Source: Nanobdellati archaeon (GTDB lineage Archaea > EX4484-52 > GLR71). Taken from it: a stretch of DNA of 64,000 bases. Made by a program: the position numbers and the translations under genes. Below the pieces are notes generated by a model. The model was given only the letters and a program-made list of their open reading frames with translations. It did no database searches and was not told where the DNA came from. The DNA is taken from positions 54,581-118,580 of the forward strand of contig JAHYJR010000005.1 in NCBI GenBank assembly GCA_019429005.1, read 5' to 3'. This document shows positions 43,259-52,174 of the stretch, in pieces (the first letter of the stretch is position 1; the number at the start of each line of letters is the position of its first letter).

Positions 43259-43406
43259 ATATAAGGTGTGATTTTATTTTAATCTGTTATAATTTATGGT
43301 ATTTAATTAAAACCTATAATTATTATGTTAATCTGTTTCAATCTATTTTGATTTAAGATATGTCTATAAAAATAAACTATTAATATTTAGGAAAGTAAAA
43401 AATTGT

Positions 43407-45506
43407 ATGGATCTAAAAAAATCAATTTTATTTATTTTAATAATTCTCTTATTTAGCTTATCTCCAACTATGGCCTCTGTAGAAATCACAGATGCAAGAA
43501 TGGTTTCAGAAGTATCTGTACAAATTACAGAAAGTGGTACAATCTCAATAACATCTGGAAGTCTTGATTGGCTTAAGATAAATCAGACAATCCCACAAAA
43601 CCATCCTCCTTTGCAACAAGTATCAACAGATACTGAAATTGTCACAGATAGTCTTGGTAATGAGCTTAGTCATATCTATTTGGATAAACCTAATTTATTA
43701 TCAAATTATAATATTAAAACAGATGTCATTTCAAAATCAATTCATACTGGTTCAATTTCGAATCAATATATTATACCCGATTCGATTAAAATATATCTTG
43801 AATCAAGCGAAAATATACAGAGTAATAATCCAAATATAATCGCAATTGCAAAAGAGATAACAAAAGATTCAATTGATGATTTTGAGAAAGTTGTAAAATT
43901 AGCACTATGGGTAAATAATAATCTAGAGTATGATATGAAATATGGTGACGTCACAAAAGATGCTTTATGGGTCTTGAATAATAAAGTAGGTGTCTGTGCT
44001 GAATATACAACCCTATTTACTGCATTTGCACGCGCATCTGGCATACCTGCAAGATATGTGTCTGCACAAGCTTACGGTGAACATGGTTGGGAACCTCATG
44101 CATATTCTGAAGTTTATTTAGGTAAGTGGATACCTGTTGACCCCTTGTGGCTTGAAGTAGGGTATCTTGATGCGACGCATATCAAATATACCATTCAACA
44201 AGATAATATTGTTATGAATGATGTCAAGGCATATGGTTCAGATATTGGTAAAATCTTATGGACTGATTTAAGTACGGTTATTGATGTGAAGTCAGTTAAG
44301 ACTGCAGATCGTTTTGTTTATGATTCTTTGTATTACAGCGAAACACTTGAATCTGGTGATGATGTTTTTGTTATTGCTGGAGTGACAGGTCCTGATTATC
44401 GGCTTGAACAATTTAATCTTGAGCCTTGTAAAGGTACTACTATAAATCCAATAATTATTGAGAATAAAAAGACTGATATAATCTTTAAAGCCAATCAAAA
44501 AAAATATGTTATTTGGACTGGAAAAGTTTCAGATGCTCTTAATTCCCGGATGATTTATACTTGTCCTTTAGTAATCTATTCAGCATTTTTCAAATTAGAA
44601 AATATGCCTATAACTATAAGTAGTCAGCAAAAAAATTCAGTTGAACTTGAAGTAACTTTGAGTAATATTAATATGAATTTAGGTGGTACACAAACTGTTT
44701 ATGCAACAATACGACGTGTTTCGGGTACTGGACCTCTTGACGTTATTGTTGTGACAGACGATTTATTATCTAAACAAGTGATAAATATTAATCCTGGAGA
44801 ATCATTTAATCTTGAAGAATCTTTTCCAATATTGAAAAAAGGTAACCAAGATGTGTATGTGTTTGTATCTAGTGGCGACCTTTTGAAATTATCATATTAT
44901 TCTGGAGATTCTGGACTTTTACTATTTGATGATTTCACATTACCTTCTGCAATAAAAATAAATACACCACTTTCAGCAGAGATAAAAGTTATAAATGATA
45001 AAACAGTTCCACAATCAATAAAGTTGCATATGGATGATGATATTGAAAGTGTTGTGGTGGATAAGTCAATTGAACGTTCTTTTGATATTGATACAACTGT
45101 TCTTGGTCTAAAAAAGGTCAATGTCAAGATTGTTGATGGTACAAATGTTCTTGATGAAATAAATAAGCAAGTGATTGTGTACGATATTCCCATTGTTGAA
45201 GTATCTGATGTTGCTGTAAATATCGATGGTTTAACAACAGTTTCAATAGAAAATTCTGTTGACGCTGCAAAAAATATTGAATTAACTATTGGCGATTCTT
45301 TTAAAAAATTAGATAGTCTTTTAGGCAAAAAATCCCTTTTATTTGATGGGTTAAGTCCAGGTGAATATAGTGCAAAACTAATATATGAAGACGCATCTGG
45401 CGAATCTTATAGTAAAAATATAACCGTTACAGTTCGTAATGAAAATATCCTAGAGAAAATAATAAGGTTTTTAAGTACTTTAATCAAATCGTTTTATTTA
45501 GGTTAA
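43407..45506 (+). CDS. Secreted transglutaminase-like (Cys-His-Asp) protein with C-terminal Ig-like domains
   Basis: Signal peptide; GVCAEY...ARASGIPARYV, HAYSEVY and WIPVDP give an intact triad; amphipathic C-terminus. Confidence 0.9.
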   Translation: MDLKKSILFILIILLFSLSPTMASVEITDARMVSEVSVQITESGTISITSGSLDWLKINQTIPQNHPPLQQVSTDTEIVTDSLGNELSHIYLDKPNLLSNYNIKTDVISKSIHTGSISNQYIIPDSIKIYLESSENIQSNNPNIIAIAKEITKDSIDDFEKVVKLALWVNNNLEYDMKYGDVTKDALWVLNNKVGVCAEYTTLFTAFARASGIPARYVSAQAYGEHGWEPHAYSEVYLGKWIPVDPLWLEVGYLDATHIKYTIQQDNIVMNDVKAYGSDIGKILWTDLSTVIDVKSVKTADRFVYDSLYYSETLESGDDVFVIAGVTGPDYRLEQFNLEPCKGTTINPIIIENKKTDIIFKANQKKYVIWTGKVSDALNSRMIYTCPLVIYSAFFKLENMPITISSQQKNSVELEVTLSNINMNLGGTQTVYATIRRVSGTGPLDVIVVTDDLLSKQVININPGESFNLEESFPILKKGNQDVYVFVSSGDLLKLSYYSGDSGLLLFDDFTLPSAIKINTPLSAEIKVINDKTVPQSIKLHMDDDIESVVVDKSIERSFDIDTTVLGLKKVNVKIVDGTNVLDEINKQVIVYDIPIVEVSDVAVNIDGLTTVSIENSVDAAKNIELTIGDSFKKLDSLLGKKSLLFDGLSPGEYSAKLIYEDASGESYSKNITVTVRNENILEKIIRFLSTLIKSFYLG

Positions 45507-45514
45507 GGGGTATT

Positions 45515-46060
45515 TTGAAGTTTGATATATCTTTATTGAAAGCACTTGCATCTGTTACTAGATTAAATCTGTTGAAAACTTTAGCTTTACGACGAATGAC
45601 TTTATCTGAACTGTCAAAATCACAAGATATGCATGTATCAACAATAAAAGATCATCTTGAAATTCTTAAAAGTGTGGATCTTGTAAGTATCTGCGATGAT
45701 GGTCATAAGTGGAAATATTATGATCTTACCACGTCCGGAAAATATGTTGTTTTGCCGTCAAAAAAAGAGATTGAGATACTTCTTCCTATAAGTCTTGTAT
45801 TTATTTTGGTTGGTCTTAAAAATCAATTATTTAATGCTTTATCTTTTGCAAGGGGTGGTGGACTTCAAAGCGAAATGATGGCTTCTGTAGAGAAAAGTGC
45901 TGACCTTGTAATTTCTGCGTCATCTGAAGCTTTAGATGTTTCTGATTCCGCAATTAAGTCTGTAAGTGTATTGCCTGATATTTATACAATTTTATTAACA
46001 TTTGGTGTAGTTATTTTTGTATATGTTTGTATTAGGCTTCTTTTAAGAGTAAAAACGTGA
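45515..46060 (+). CDS. ArsR-type HTH regulator with two C-terminal hydrophobic segments
   Basis: LKALAS.TRL.LLK.L..RRMTLSELS...STIKDHL..L....LV...KWKYY.LT..G; TM-like ILLPISLVFILVG and IYTILLTFGVVIFVYVCI. Confidence 0.85.
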   Translation: MKFDISLLKALASVTRLNLLKTLALRRMTLSELSKSQDMHVSTIKDHLEILKSVDLVSICDDGHKWKYYDLTTSGKYVVLPSKKEIEILLPISLVFILVGLKNQLFNALSFARGGGLQSEMMASVEKSADLVISASSEALDVSDSAIKSVSVLPDIYTILLTFGVVIFVYVCIRLLLRVKT

Positions 46061-46189
46061 TTAATATTTTTTTATATTATATCTGTGTGTATGTTTTTGT
46101 GTATTCTTTTGTGTCTTTATTTGTGTTTCTATTTGCGTATCTGTCTAAAACCCTATATATTTATTAGTTTAATTTTGTAATCTATCTTT

Positions 46190-46702
46190 ATGAAAATTGC
46201 AATTACGGGTACACCTGGAACTGGAAAGACTGAGGTATCTAAAATTGTTGCAAAATCTTTAGATTATAAATTATTTGCTGTAAATGATTTTGCAAAAGAT
46301 AAGGGTTTGGTAGAAGATCTTGATGTTGCACGCGATTCTTACATAATTGACGAATCTAAACTTAAAGGCGAATTTAAGAAAATTAAAGGTAATTGTGTGC
46401 TTGAAGGACACATTTCACAGTTCTGTGATATGGATTTTATTATTGTATTACGTACAAATCCAAAAGAACTAAAACGTCGTCTTTTGAAACGTGATTGGTC
46501 TGCTGAAAAGATCGCTGAGAATATCGATGCTGAGATAGCAGGCGTTTGTCTTGAAGAATCATTAAATTGTAATGTTGTGGTTGAAATTGACACATCTCAA
46601 AGAACTTCTCAAGCGACAAGTACCCTTATTTTGGATATTATTAGGGATAAATTATTTGATAAATATAGTCCTGGAAAAATTGATTGGGTTGAATATTTGT
46701 AA
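46190..46702 (+). CDS. Adenylate kinase, AK6/Fap7 family
   Basis: ITGTPGTGKT, hhhEGH motif, IVLRTNP..L..RL..R.W...KI.EN..AE. Confidence 0.9.
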   Translation: MKIAITGTPGTGKTEVSKIVAKSLDYKLFAVNDFAKDKGLVEDLDVARDSYIIDESKLKGEFKKIKGNCVLEGHISQFCDMDFIIVLRTNPKELKRRLLKRDWSAEKIAENIDAEIAGVCLEESLNCNVVVEIDTSQRTSQATSTLILDIIRDKLFDKYSPGKIDWVEYL

Positions 46703-46881
46703 TTTTATTAAATTTAAACGCAAGTTTTATATTTGATACGAGTATAAGAAGATTGTACGGAAAATAAAAGTATCTATAAGAATAATATAATAATTTAAAG
46801 TAATGTTTAAAAAGTTTATTTACAAATAGCAATTCTAGATATTTATTTTAGAAAATTTAATTAATATATAATGGTGAGAAT

Positions 46882-47046
46882 ATGGCAAAAGCAGTAACAG
46901 GACCAACATTTGATAGATTATACAAAAATATGTATGTTTGTATGCGATGTAATGCTACAAACCGCTCTGGAACAAAAGCAACAATTATGTGCCGGAAATG
47001 TGGATCTAAAGCTTTAAGACTTAAGAACAAAGAACGTAAAGGTTAA
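46882..47046 (+). CDS. rpl40e: 50S ribosomal protein L40e (not in the ORF track)
   Basis: Manual translation MAKAVTGPTFDRLYKNMYVCMRCNATNRSGTKATIMCRKCGSKALRLKNKERKG; zinc ribbon CMRCNA.N...CRKCG..LR.K; GGTGA upstream. Confidence 0.93.
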   Translation: MAKAVTGPTFDRLYKNMYVCMRCNATNRSGTKATIMCRKCGSKALRLKNKERKG

Positions 47047-47050
47047 ACTA

Positions 47051-47869
47051 ATGAATGCGTATCTTGAGATACTAAGACCTGTAAATGGTTTGCTTGCTGG
47101 TTTTGGTGTAATCATTTCTATGTTTATAGGTCTCAACGGTATAATATATAGTCCTTTACTTTTTTTTGCATTTATTGCAATTTTTTTTATAACTTCAGCT
47201 GGAAATGTCGCAAATGATTATTTTGATTGTGAAGTTGATAGGGTAAATAAGAAATATCGTCCGATTCCTTCAGGTCGTATAACTCTTAAAAATGCGCTTA
47301 TCTATATGTATGCACTTTTTGCAATTGGTATTATAGCATCTGCTTTTATAAATATGTATACTTTGATTTTCGCAATATTTAGCAGTTTGGTACTTTATGA
47401 GTATAATACTATAAAACGAAATTCTCCATATGGGGGTATTGTTATTGGTATTTTGGTGGCATCTCTTTTCATTTTTGGTGGTCTTGCTGTTGGTAATGTG
47501 ATAAGTCTTGTGTTTATGGGATTTCTTGCAGGTTTATGTAACATAGCTCGTGAGATCACAAAAGATATTGAGGATATTGAAGGTGATCGTGGGCGAAAAC
47601 AGACATTACCATTAATTTATGGTGCTAAAGCAACTAGTTATTTAGCGTCATTTTTGCTTTTTGTGTGTATTGGATTAAGTCTCCATCCTTTGATAACATC
47701 AATGTTTGGACAATATTATTTTATCACGATTTATATTGCAGATACTATTCTTCTTTATTCTGCGGCACGATTGATATATAATCCTACAAAATATGCATCT
47801 GATGTTCATCAGTTAGAGAAAATTGGTATGTCTATGGCTTTGCTTGCATTTTTTGTAGGTATCATTTAA
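47051..47869 (+). CDS. UbiA-family prenyltransferase, probable digeranylgeranylglyceryl phosphate synthase
   Basis: LRPVN, NDYFD.EVDRVNK.YRPIPSG and AREITKDIEDIEGD..TLP motifs; multiple TM helices. Confidence 0.85.
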   Translation: MNAYLEILRPVNGLLAGFGVIISMFIGLNGIIYSPLLFFAFIAIFFITSAGNVANDYFDCEVDRVNKKYRPIPSGRITLKNALIYMYALFAIGIIASAFINMYTLIFAIFSSLVLYEYNTIKRNSPYGGIVIGILVASLFIFGGLAVGNVISLVFMGFLAGLCNIAREITKDIEDIEGDRGRKQTLPLIYGAKATSYLASFLLFVCIGLSLHPLITSMFGQYYFITIYIADTILLYSAARLIYNPTKYASDVHQLEKIGMSMALLAFFVGII

Positions 47870-47905
47870 ACCTTTTTATTGTTTACTTTAGAAATAATGG
47901 TTATT

Positions 47906-48073
47906 GCCCTGATGGCTCAGTTGGTTAGAGTACTGCCTTGGTACGTCCGTGAAATCCGGCGTCGCTTTGAGTGATAGTTAAAATTTCGTTTTGAAGTCAC
48001 TCTGTAATTATTTATGCGTCGGGTTTGTGGCACAAAAAGGCAGAGATCGCGTGTTCGAATCTCGCTCAGGGCT
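47906..48073 (+). tRNA. tRNA-Thr(GGT) with 94-nt intron at 37/38 (47944-48037)
   Basis: Acceptor gccctga/tcagggc, anticodon stem ctgcc/ggcag, anticodon GGT at 47940-47942, T-loop gttcgaat. One T-T mismatch in the T-stem. Confidence 0.9.
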
Positions 48074-48081
48074 TATTTTTT

Positions 48082-48558
48082 TTAAAACTTAGTCTTATCA
48101 AGAAGTTGTATGTCCTCAGAACTCAGATTCCAACCAAACGCATCTTGATTTTCTTTAAGATGCTCAATATTTGTAGATTTTGGGGTTTTAAATATGTTCT
48201 TTTTGGATGTTAACCAGTTAATCGCGATTTGAGCTTTAGTTTTATTGTATTTTTCTGCAAGCCTGTCCATAAAAGGGTGTGGTTTTTATAGAAATCCTCT
48301 TTCAATAAGTCTTTCAGCTATTATTATGATGTTATTTTCTTGGCAATATGGGATTTTATAGGATTCCATGCTATGGTTATTGCCATATCGCCCCTTTTCT
48401 CGTGTCAACAAATTATATTCTATTTCATTTGCAACAATCTTGTTGACTGAATGTTTTTGAGCTTCTTTGAGTTTTTCGAGCGTGAAATTACTGACACCAA
48501 TATATTTCACAATTTATTGTTCTACCAAATAATCCATCGCTTTCATTGTTTCTTTTAA
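48082..48558 (-). pseudogene. Aldo/keto reductase pseudogene (C-terminal part only)
   Basis: A single frame reads LKETMKAMDYLVEQ*IVKYIGVSNF...NEIEYNLL...RGFL*KPHPFMDRLAEKYNKTKAQIAINWL...PKSTNIEHLKEN. Two in-frame TAA stops; the catalytic N-terminal half is missing. Confidence 0.85.
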
Positions 48559-48597
48559 GTAATTTGTGTTATATCTAAACGTTTTATTTAACATCTC

Positions 48598-48691
48598 TCT
48601 ATTCGTATGTTGTAGTGCTTCTGTTATCAACTCCCATTTTTAAATTTACCGTGAATAACAATCTATTCGTATGTTGTAGTGCTTCTGTTAT
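48598..48691. repeat. Two identical 30-bp direct repeats separated by 34 bp
   Basis: tctattcgtatgttgtagtgcttctgttat at 48598-48627 and 48662-48691. Confidence 0.9.
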
Positions 48692-48739
48692 TGAATGGGT
48701 ATATAAGAATGAAACAAAAGGTAGTTTTTCACCTATCAT

Positions 48740-49230
48740 CTAGTTGCAAAGAAATTGATACATACCATATTCATTTTCTATAGCAATTTTATGGACTTCG
48801 TGACCAAATGTGTCGTATGCTCTTTCTTTTATCAATGCAATCATTGCATTTTTTGAATTTCCATATCGTTTTATCCATTCAATCATTTCAATTTTTTCGT
48901 GTAATAAGACACCTTCTGAATCGATTGTTTGGATTTTATTATTTTTTATATATTCAAACAAATGTCTGACTAAGACACTTTGAGGGTCTGAACAATATTG
49001 GTTATCATCAAATTTTTGGAGAAAAAATGCATTAAACAGTTCATTTGCTTCTTGGATATTATATTCATTATTATTTTCTATAGATTGCAATGGTTTATAT
49101 TTTTGAATATATTTTAAAATTGGTGCATTCTTATGGTTGTTTATATACTGTTTTAGATTTGGAAATATTTTTTGTGCTTTTTCTATATTTTCATATTTTT
49201 TCCAATTTTGCGGTAATGTACAGTAATGTA
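48740..49230 (-). pseudogene. 5'-truncated hypothetical gene remnant
   Basis: The frame of ORF 48740-49090 stays open to ~49230 with no ATG and a stop just upstream. No motif recognised. Confidence 0.4.
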
Positions 49231-49436
49231 ATTAGTTTTATATTATAATAATATTATTTGTATTATTTATAGATTTATCAAACCTTTGATAATTTAGGTT
49301 TTATTTAATTCTAAAAACTATTTAACATAAATATGTTTTGAGCAATTTTTGTTCAACCTTAGAATATTCCATATTTTCAATTTAAAAGGGTGTAGCTTCA
49401 AATAATTTTATATACCTAAGATAACAATAAATATAC

Positions 49437-50867
49437 ATGGTGGTTAAGAAAATATTAATAGTGTTAGTTCTATTCCTACTATTTTTATCAGTACCTGTGT
49501 CTGCTGCAGATAGTAATCCCTTTGAACTGTCTTTTGAAAATATTAAGACTACAAACATAATCTATGTTGGCAATGCATTACAATATACAATTAATATCAA
49601 AAGCAATCTTAACGAATCTGTAAATGCTGAAATTGTTTTGTCTATGAATCATAAGGATTGGGCAACAGCGGGTAAAAAAACAGATTTTAATATTGATTCT
49701 TTTGGAAATACTTCATATTCTATCGAATTAACACCTCCTTTAGGCACATCAACAGATAATTATAATCCAATTATTTATGTGTGTGTAAAAAATGTTGGTC
49801 AATGTTCTAGTATAATTTTAAGGCTGCATGTTGTAGATAGGTTACAGCTTAAACTTGATGCTTTTGAAAGTGTTCTTGATACTTATGAGGCTGATGAGAA
49901 TATCAGTATAATGTTTACTCTAAATAATCAAGGTAAATCAAATATAATTAATTATAAATTCAAAGTAAATTTTGTAAAAGATGATGTTGTTTTAGTTTCT
50001 GAATTATTTGATTTAGATCCAATAGATCGTGGCGATATTTTACGTCGTATTGAAGAACTTGATTTGATACAATCTATTACCGAACCAGGATTGTATGTTC
50101 TTGAAGGTATTTTAATTGGTGATGCAGGTGATACTTTAATTAAAAAGTCTGTGAATATCACAATAAAGCCTCCACGAGATTCAAGTTTTGAAAAAAGTGT
50201 ATCTACACAACCTGGAATTTTTAAGAAATCTGTTACTACAACACTTAAAAATGAAGAACGTTTGATAAATAATATTACTTTGACTGGGCCAATTTATGGT
50301 TTTGAACAGCTTTATTCTTTTGATAGTCCTGTTGAGATATTAATTGAAGCTAATAACAAATATTTCACTTATTCTTGTGAGCTTAATCCTCGGGATACAC
50401 CTGGTGATAGTTGTACACTTTCTTATACTGTCAATTATTGGAAGTTGTATTTATTATTAGTATTACTCACTTCCGTTTTGTTTTTATTATATGTTTATTT
50501 AGAATTACCTAATATAACAAAAAAGCATACTAAACATGATGATGTGCATTCAATACAAGTACACTTTAAGAATAATAGTATGAAGTCGTTAACTAGTGTA
50601 AAAATCAAAGAGTTTATTCCCTCTTCTGTGATGCTAATCGGAACTTTTAGTATAAAACCCTCATCTCATAAGAAAAAAGAAAATGGTACTGAAATAATCT
50701 GGAATATTGGGAATTTAGACTCTAAAGATGAACGTGTAATTACCTATTCTGTTAAACCTCGGCTTGAAGTTGACGAAGGTATTGTTTTACCTCCTGCAGA
50801 GATTTCAGGAATAAATTATCGTAAAAAGAAAGATTTAGTTAAATCTGGTACTTTACATTTGAAATAA
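49437..50867 (+). CDS. Secreted/membrane protein with Ig-like domains, an internal TM and a C-terminal DUF11-like domain
   Basis: Signal peptide, beta-rich domains, TM LYLLLVLLTSVLFLLYVYL, then K...IKEFIP...IIWNIGNL...ERVITY...LPPA. Confidence 0.75.
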   Translation: MVVKKILIVLVLFLLFLSVPVSAADSNPFELSFENIKTTNIIYVGNALQYTINIKSNLNESVNAEIVLSMNHKDWATAGKKTDFNIDSFGNTSYSIELTPPLGTSTDNYNPIIYVCVKNVGQCSSIILRLHVVDRLQLKLDAFESVLDTYEADENISIMFTLNNQGKSNIINYKFKVNFVKDDVVLVSELFDLDPIDRGDILRRIEELDLIQSITEPGLYVLEGILIGDAGDTLIKKSVNITIKPPRDSSFEKSVSTQPGIFKKSVTTTLKNEERLINNITLTGPIYGFEQLYSFDSPVEILIEANNKYFTYSCELNPRDTPGDSCTLSYTVNYWKLYLLLVLLTSVLFLLYVYLELPNITKKHTKHDDVHSIQVHFKNNSMKSLTSVKIKEFIPSSVMLIGTFSIKPSSHKKKENGTEIIWNIGNLDSKDERVITYSVKPRLEVDEGIVLPPAEISGINYRKKKDLVKSGTLHLK

Positions 50868-50937
50868 TGCGTTTATGTCAAAACATATAAAAAGCTTTTT
50901 ATTAAAGTTTAATTACACATACCAGTTTGATAATTAA

Positions 50938-51059
50938 CCCGCTGTAGCTCAACCTGGTAGAGCACTCGGCTGTAGATTAGCACGTTTTTAAGTGTTTTTC
51001 ATTTAGTCTCTGCTCAGATAGTAACCGAGGTGTTGCCTGTTCAAATCAGGCCAGCGGGA
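50938..51059 (+). tRNA. tRNA-Tyr(GTA) with 48-nt intron at 37/38 (50976-51023)
   Basis: C1:G72 acceptor cccgctg/cagcggg, anticodon stem ctcgg/ccgag, GTA at 50972-50974. BHB central helix ctgt/atag with 3-nt bulges. Confidence 0.93.
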
Positions 51060-51435
51060 CTCTTTATTTTTTAATTAGGTATACAGCTATATTTAGGCAT
51101 TTCTTGTTTTTAATGTCTATGTCGTGTATATATGCATTAACTCTATAATATTATTTACAATTTGGGTCTATTTTGTATTATGTTGTAAATTTACACAGTC
51201 TATAGTGTGTCTGCGTGCTTGTTGTGTTGTTAGGTTGTATTTAAATAGTTGATACTTTGTGTAGCACATATGTTGTTTAATCATATAGGCTGTCTACATT
51301 TATGGATAAAATGTTATGATGTTATTTCAATTTGGTATTAATCTTAGTATAATGTGATCTGTTATAGTATACAGGTTTATTGGTAAACTACAGGGTTATA
51401 GTCTTAATATATTATAATATTAGTATATAATAATA

Positions 51436-51525
51436 TAATTATATTAATATTTAATTATATTAATATTTAATTATATTAATATTTAATTATATTAATATTT
51501 AATTATATTAATATTTAATTATATT
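51436..51525. repeat. Perfect tandem repeat, 5.6 x 16 bp (taattatattaatatt)
   Basis: Five full identical units plus a 10-bp partial unit, all A/T. Confidence 0.92.
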
Positions 51526-51740
51526 TTTATGTTCATATATTACTAACATATTATAATACTATATTTATACAATTTTAGTATGTTATAAACTTATAAAATT
51601 ATAATTAAATAGAGCTATATTGATATATCAATATATAATTATAATTAAGTCTGATTATAATCTTATATCTTTTTATATGTAATTTTATGTATTTTTAATT
51701 GATTCGCACCTAATTCTTTCAATTTTACAGAAATTGTAGG

Positions 51741-51754
51741 AAACGTTTATAAAG
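51741..51754 (+). promoter_or_regulatory. Putative BRE/TATA promoter of the 5S rRNA gene
   Basis: aaacgtttataaag centred about 25 bp before the 5S 5' end. Confidence 0.5.
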
Positions 51755-51774
51755 TTTTATGGTTTAAGATATCT

Positions 51775-51890
51775 TGTTGACGGTCACAGCGAGAATGGTA
51801 CACCCGAACCCATCCCGAACTCGGAAGTTAAGATTCTCAGCGACCTGTGTTGTACTGCTTTTTTGTGGGAAGCTCATGACGCTGTCAACA
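51775..51890 (+). rRNA. rrf: 5S rRNA, not linked to 16S/23S
   Basis: Terminal helix tgttgacggt/gctgtcaaca and conserved cacccgaacccatcccgaactcggaagttaag; about 116 nt. Confidence 0.95.
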
Positions 51891-51913
51891 TATTTATAAT
51901 TATATAAAAATGT

Positions 51914-52052
51914 GTCCTGGTAGTGTAGTTGGCCTATCATTCAAGACTGTCACTCTTGTAACCCGGGTTCAAATTGTATGAAATAATCTATTTTTAATAA
52001 ATTTAACACTTATTGATTGGTTTCAGACATGAAAATCCCGGCCAGGACGCCA
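51914..52052 (+). tRNA. tRNA-Asp(GTC) with 62-nt T-loop intron at 59/60 (51974-52035); CCA encoded
   Basis: Acceptor gtcctgg/ccaggac plus GCCA, anticodon arm caaga-ctGTCac-tcttg, T-stem ccggg/cccgg split by the intron. BHB helix ttca/tgaa. Confidence 0.92.
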
Positions 52053-52174
52053 ATATTACGAATATTATAATCCGGATAAATAATAGTGTTTCATAATGTT
52101 TTAATGATTGTTATGTAAAAGTTTTTAAAGTTTAATACTATAATCATAAGACTTATGAATCTTGTATACGTACT

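Noticed and set aside
42494-43406. Replication origin at the strand switch
   Set aside because: AT-rich and divergent, but there are no convincing ORB repeats with G-strings and no cdc6/orc1 in the window.
47944-48037. Box C/D guide RNA in the tRNA-Thr intron
   Set aside because: There is no CTGA box D and no good RTGATGA box C.
48025-48213. 62-aa plus-strand ORF
   Set aside because: It overlaps the tRNA-Thr 3' exon and the antisense AKR remnant.
23394-48558. Four in-frame TAA codons in three broken genes, suggesting stop-codon reassignment
   Set aside because: TAA terminates core genes here (rpoB'', rpoB', rpoA', rps12, rps7). Two of the three genes also have frameshifts and one is truncated. 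TAA is the expected nonsense codon under AT bias.
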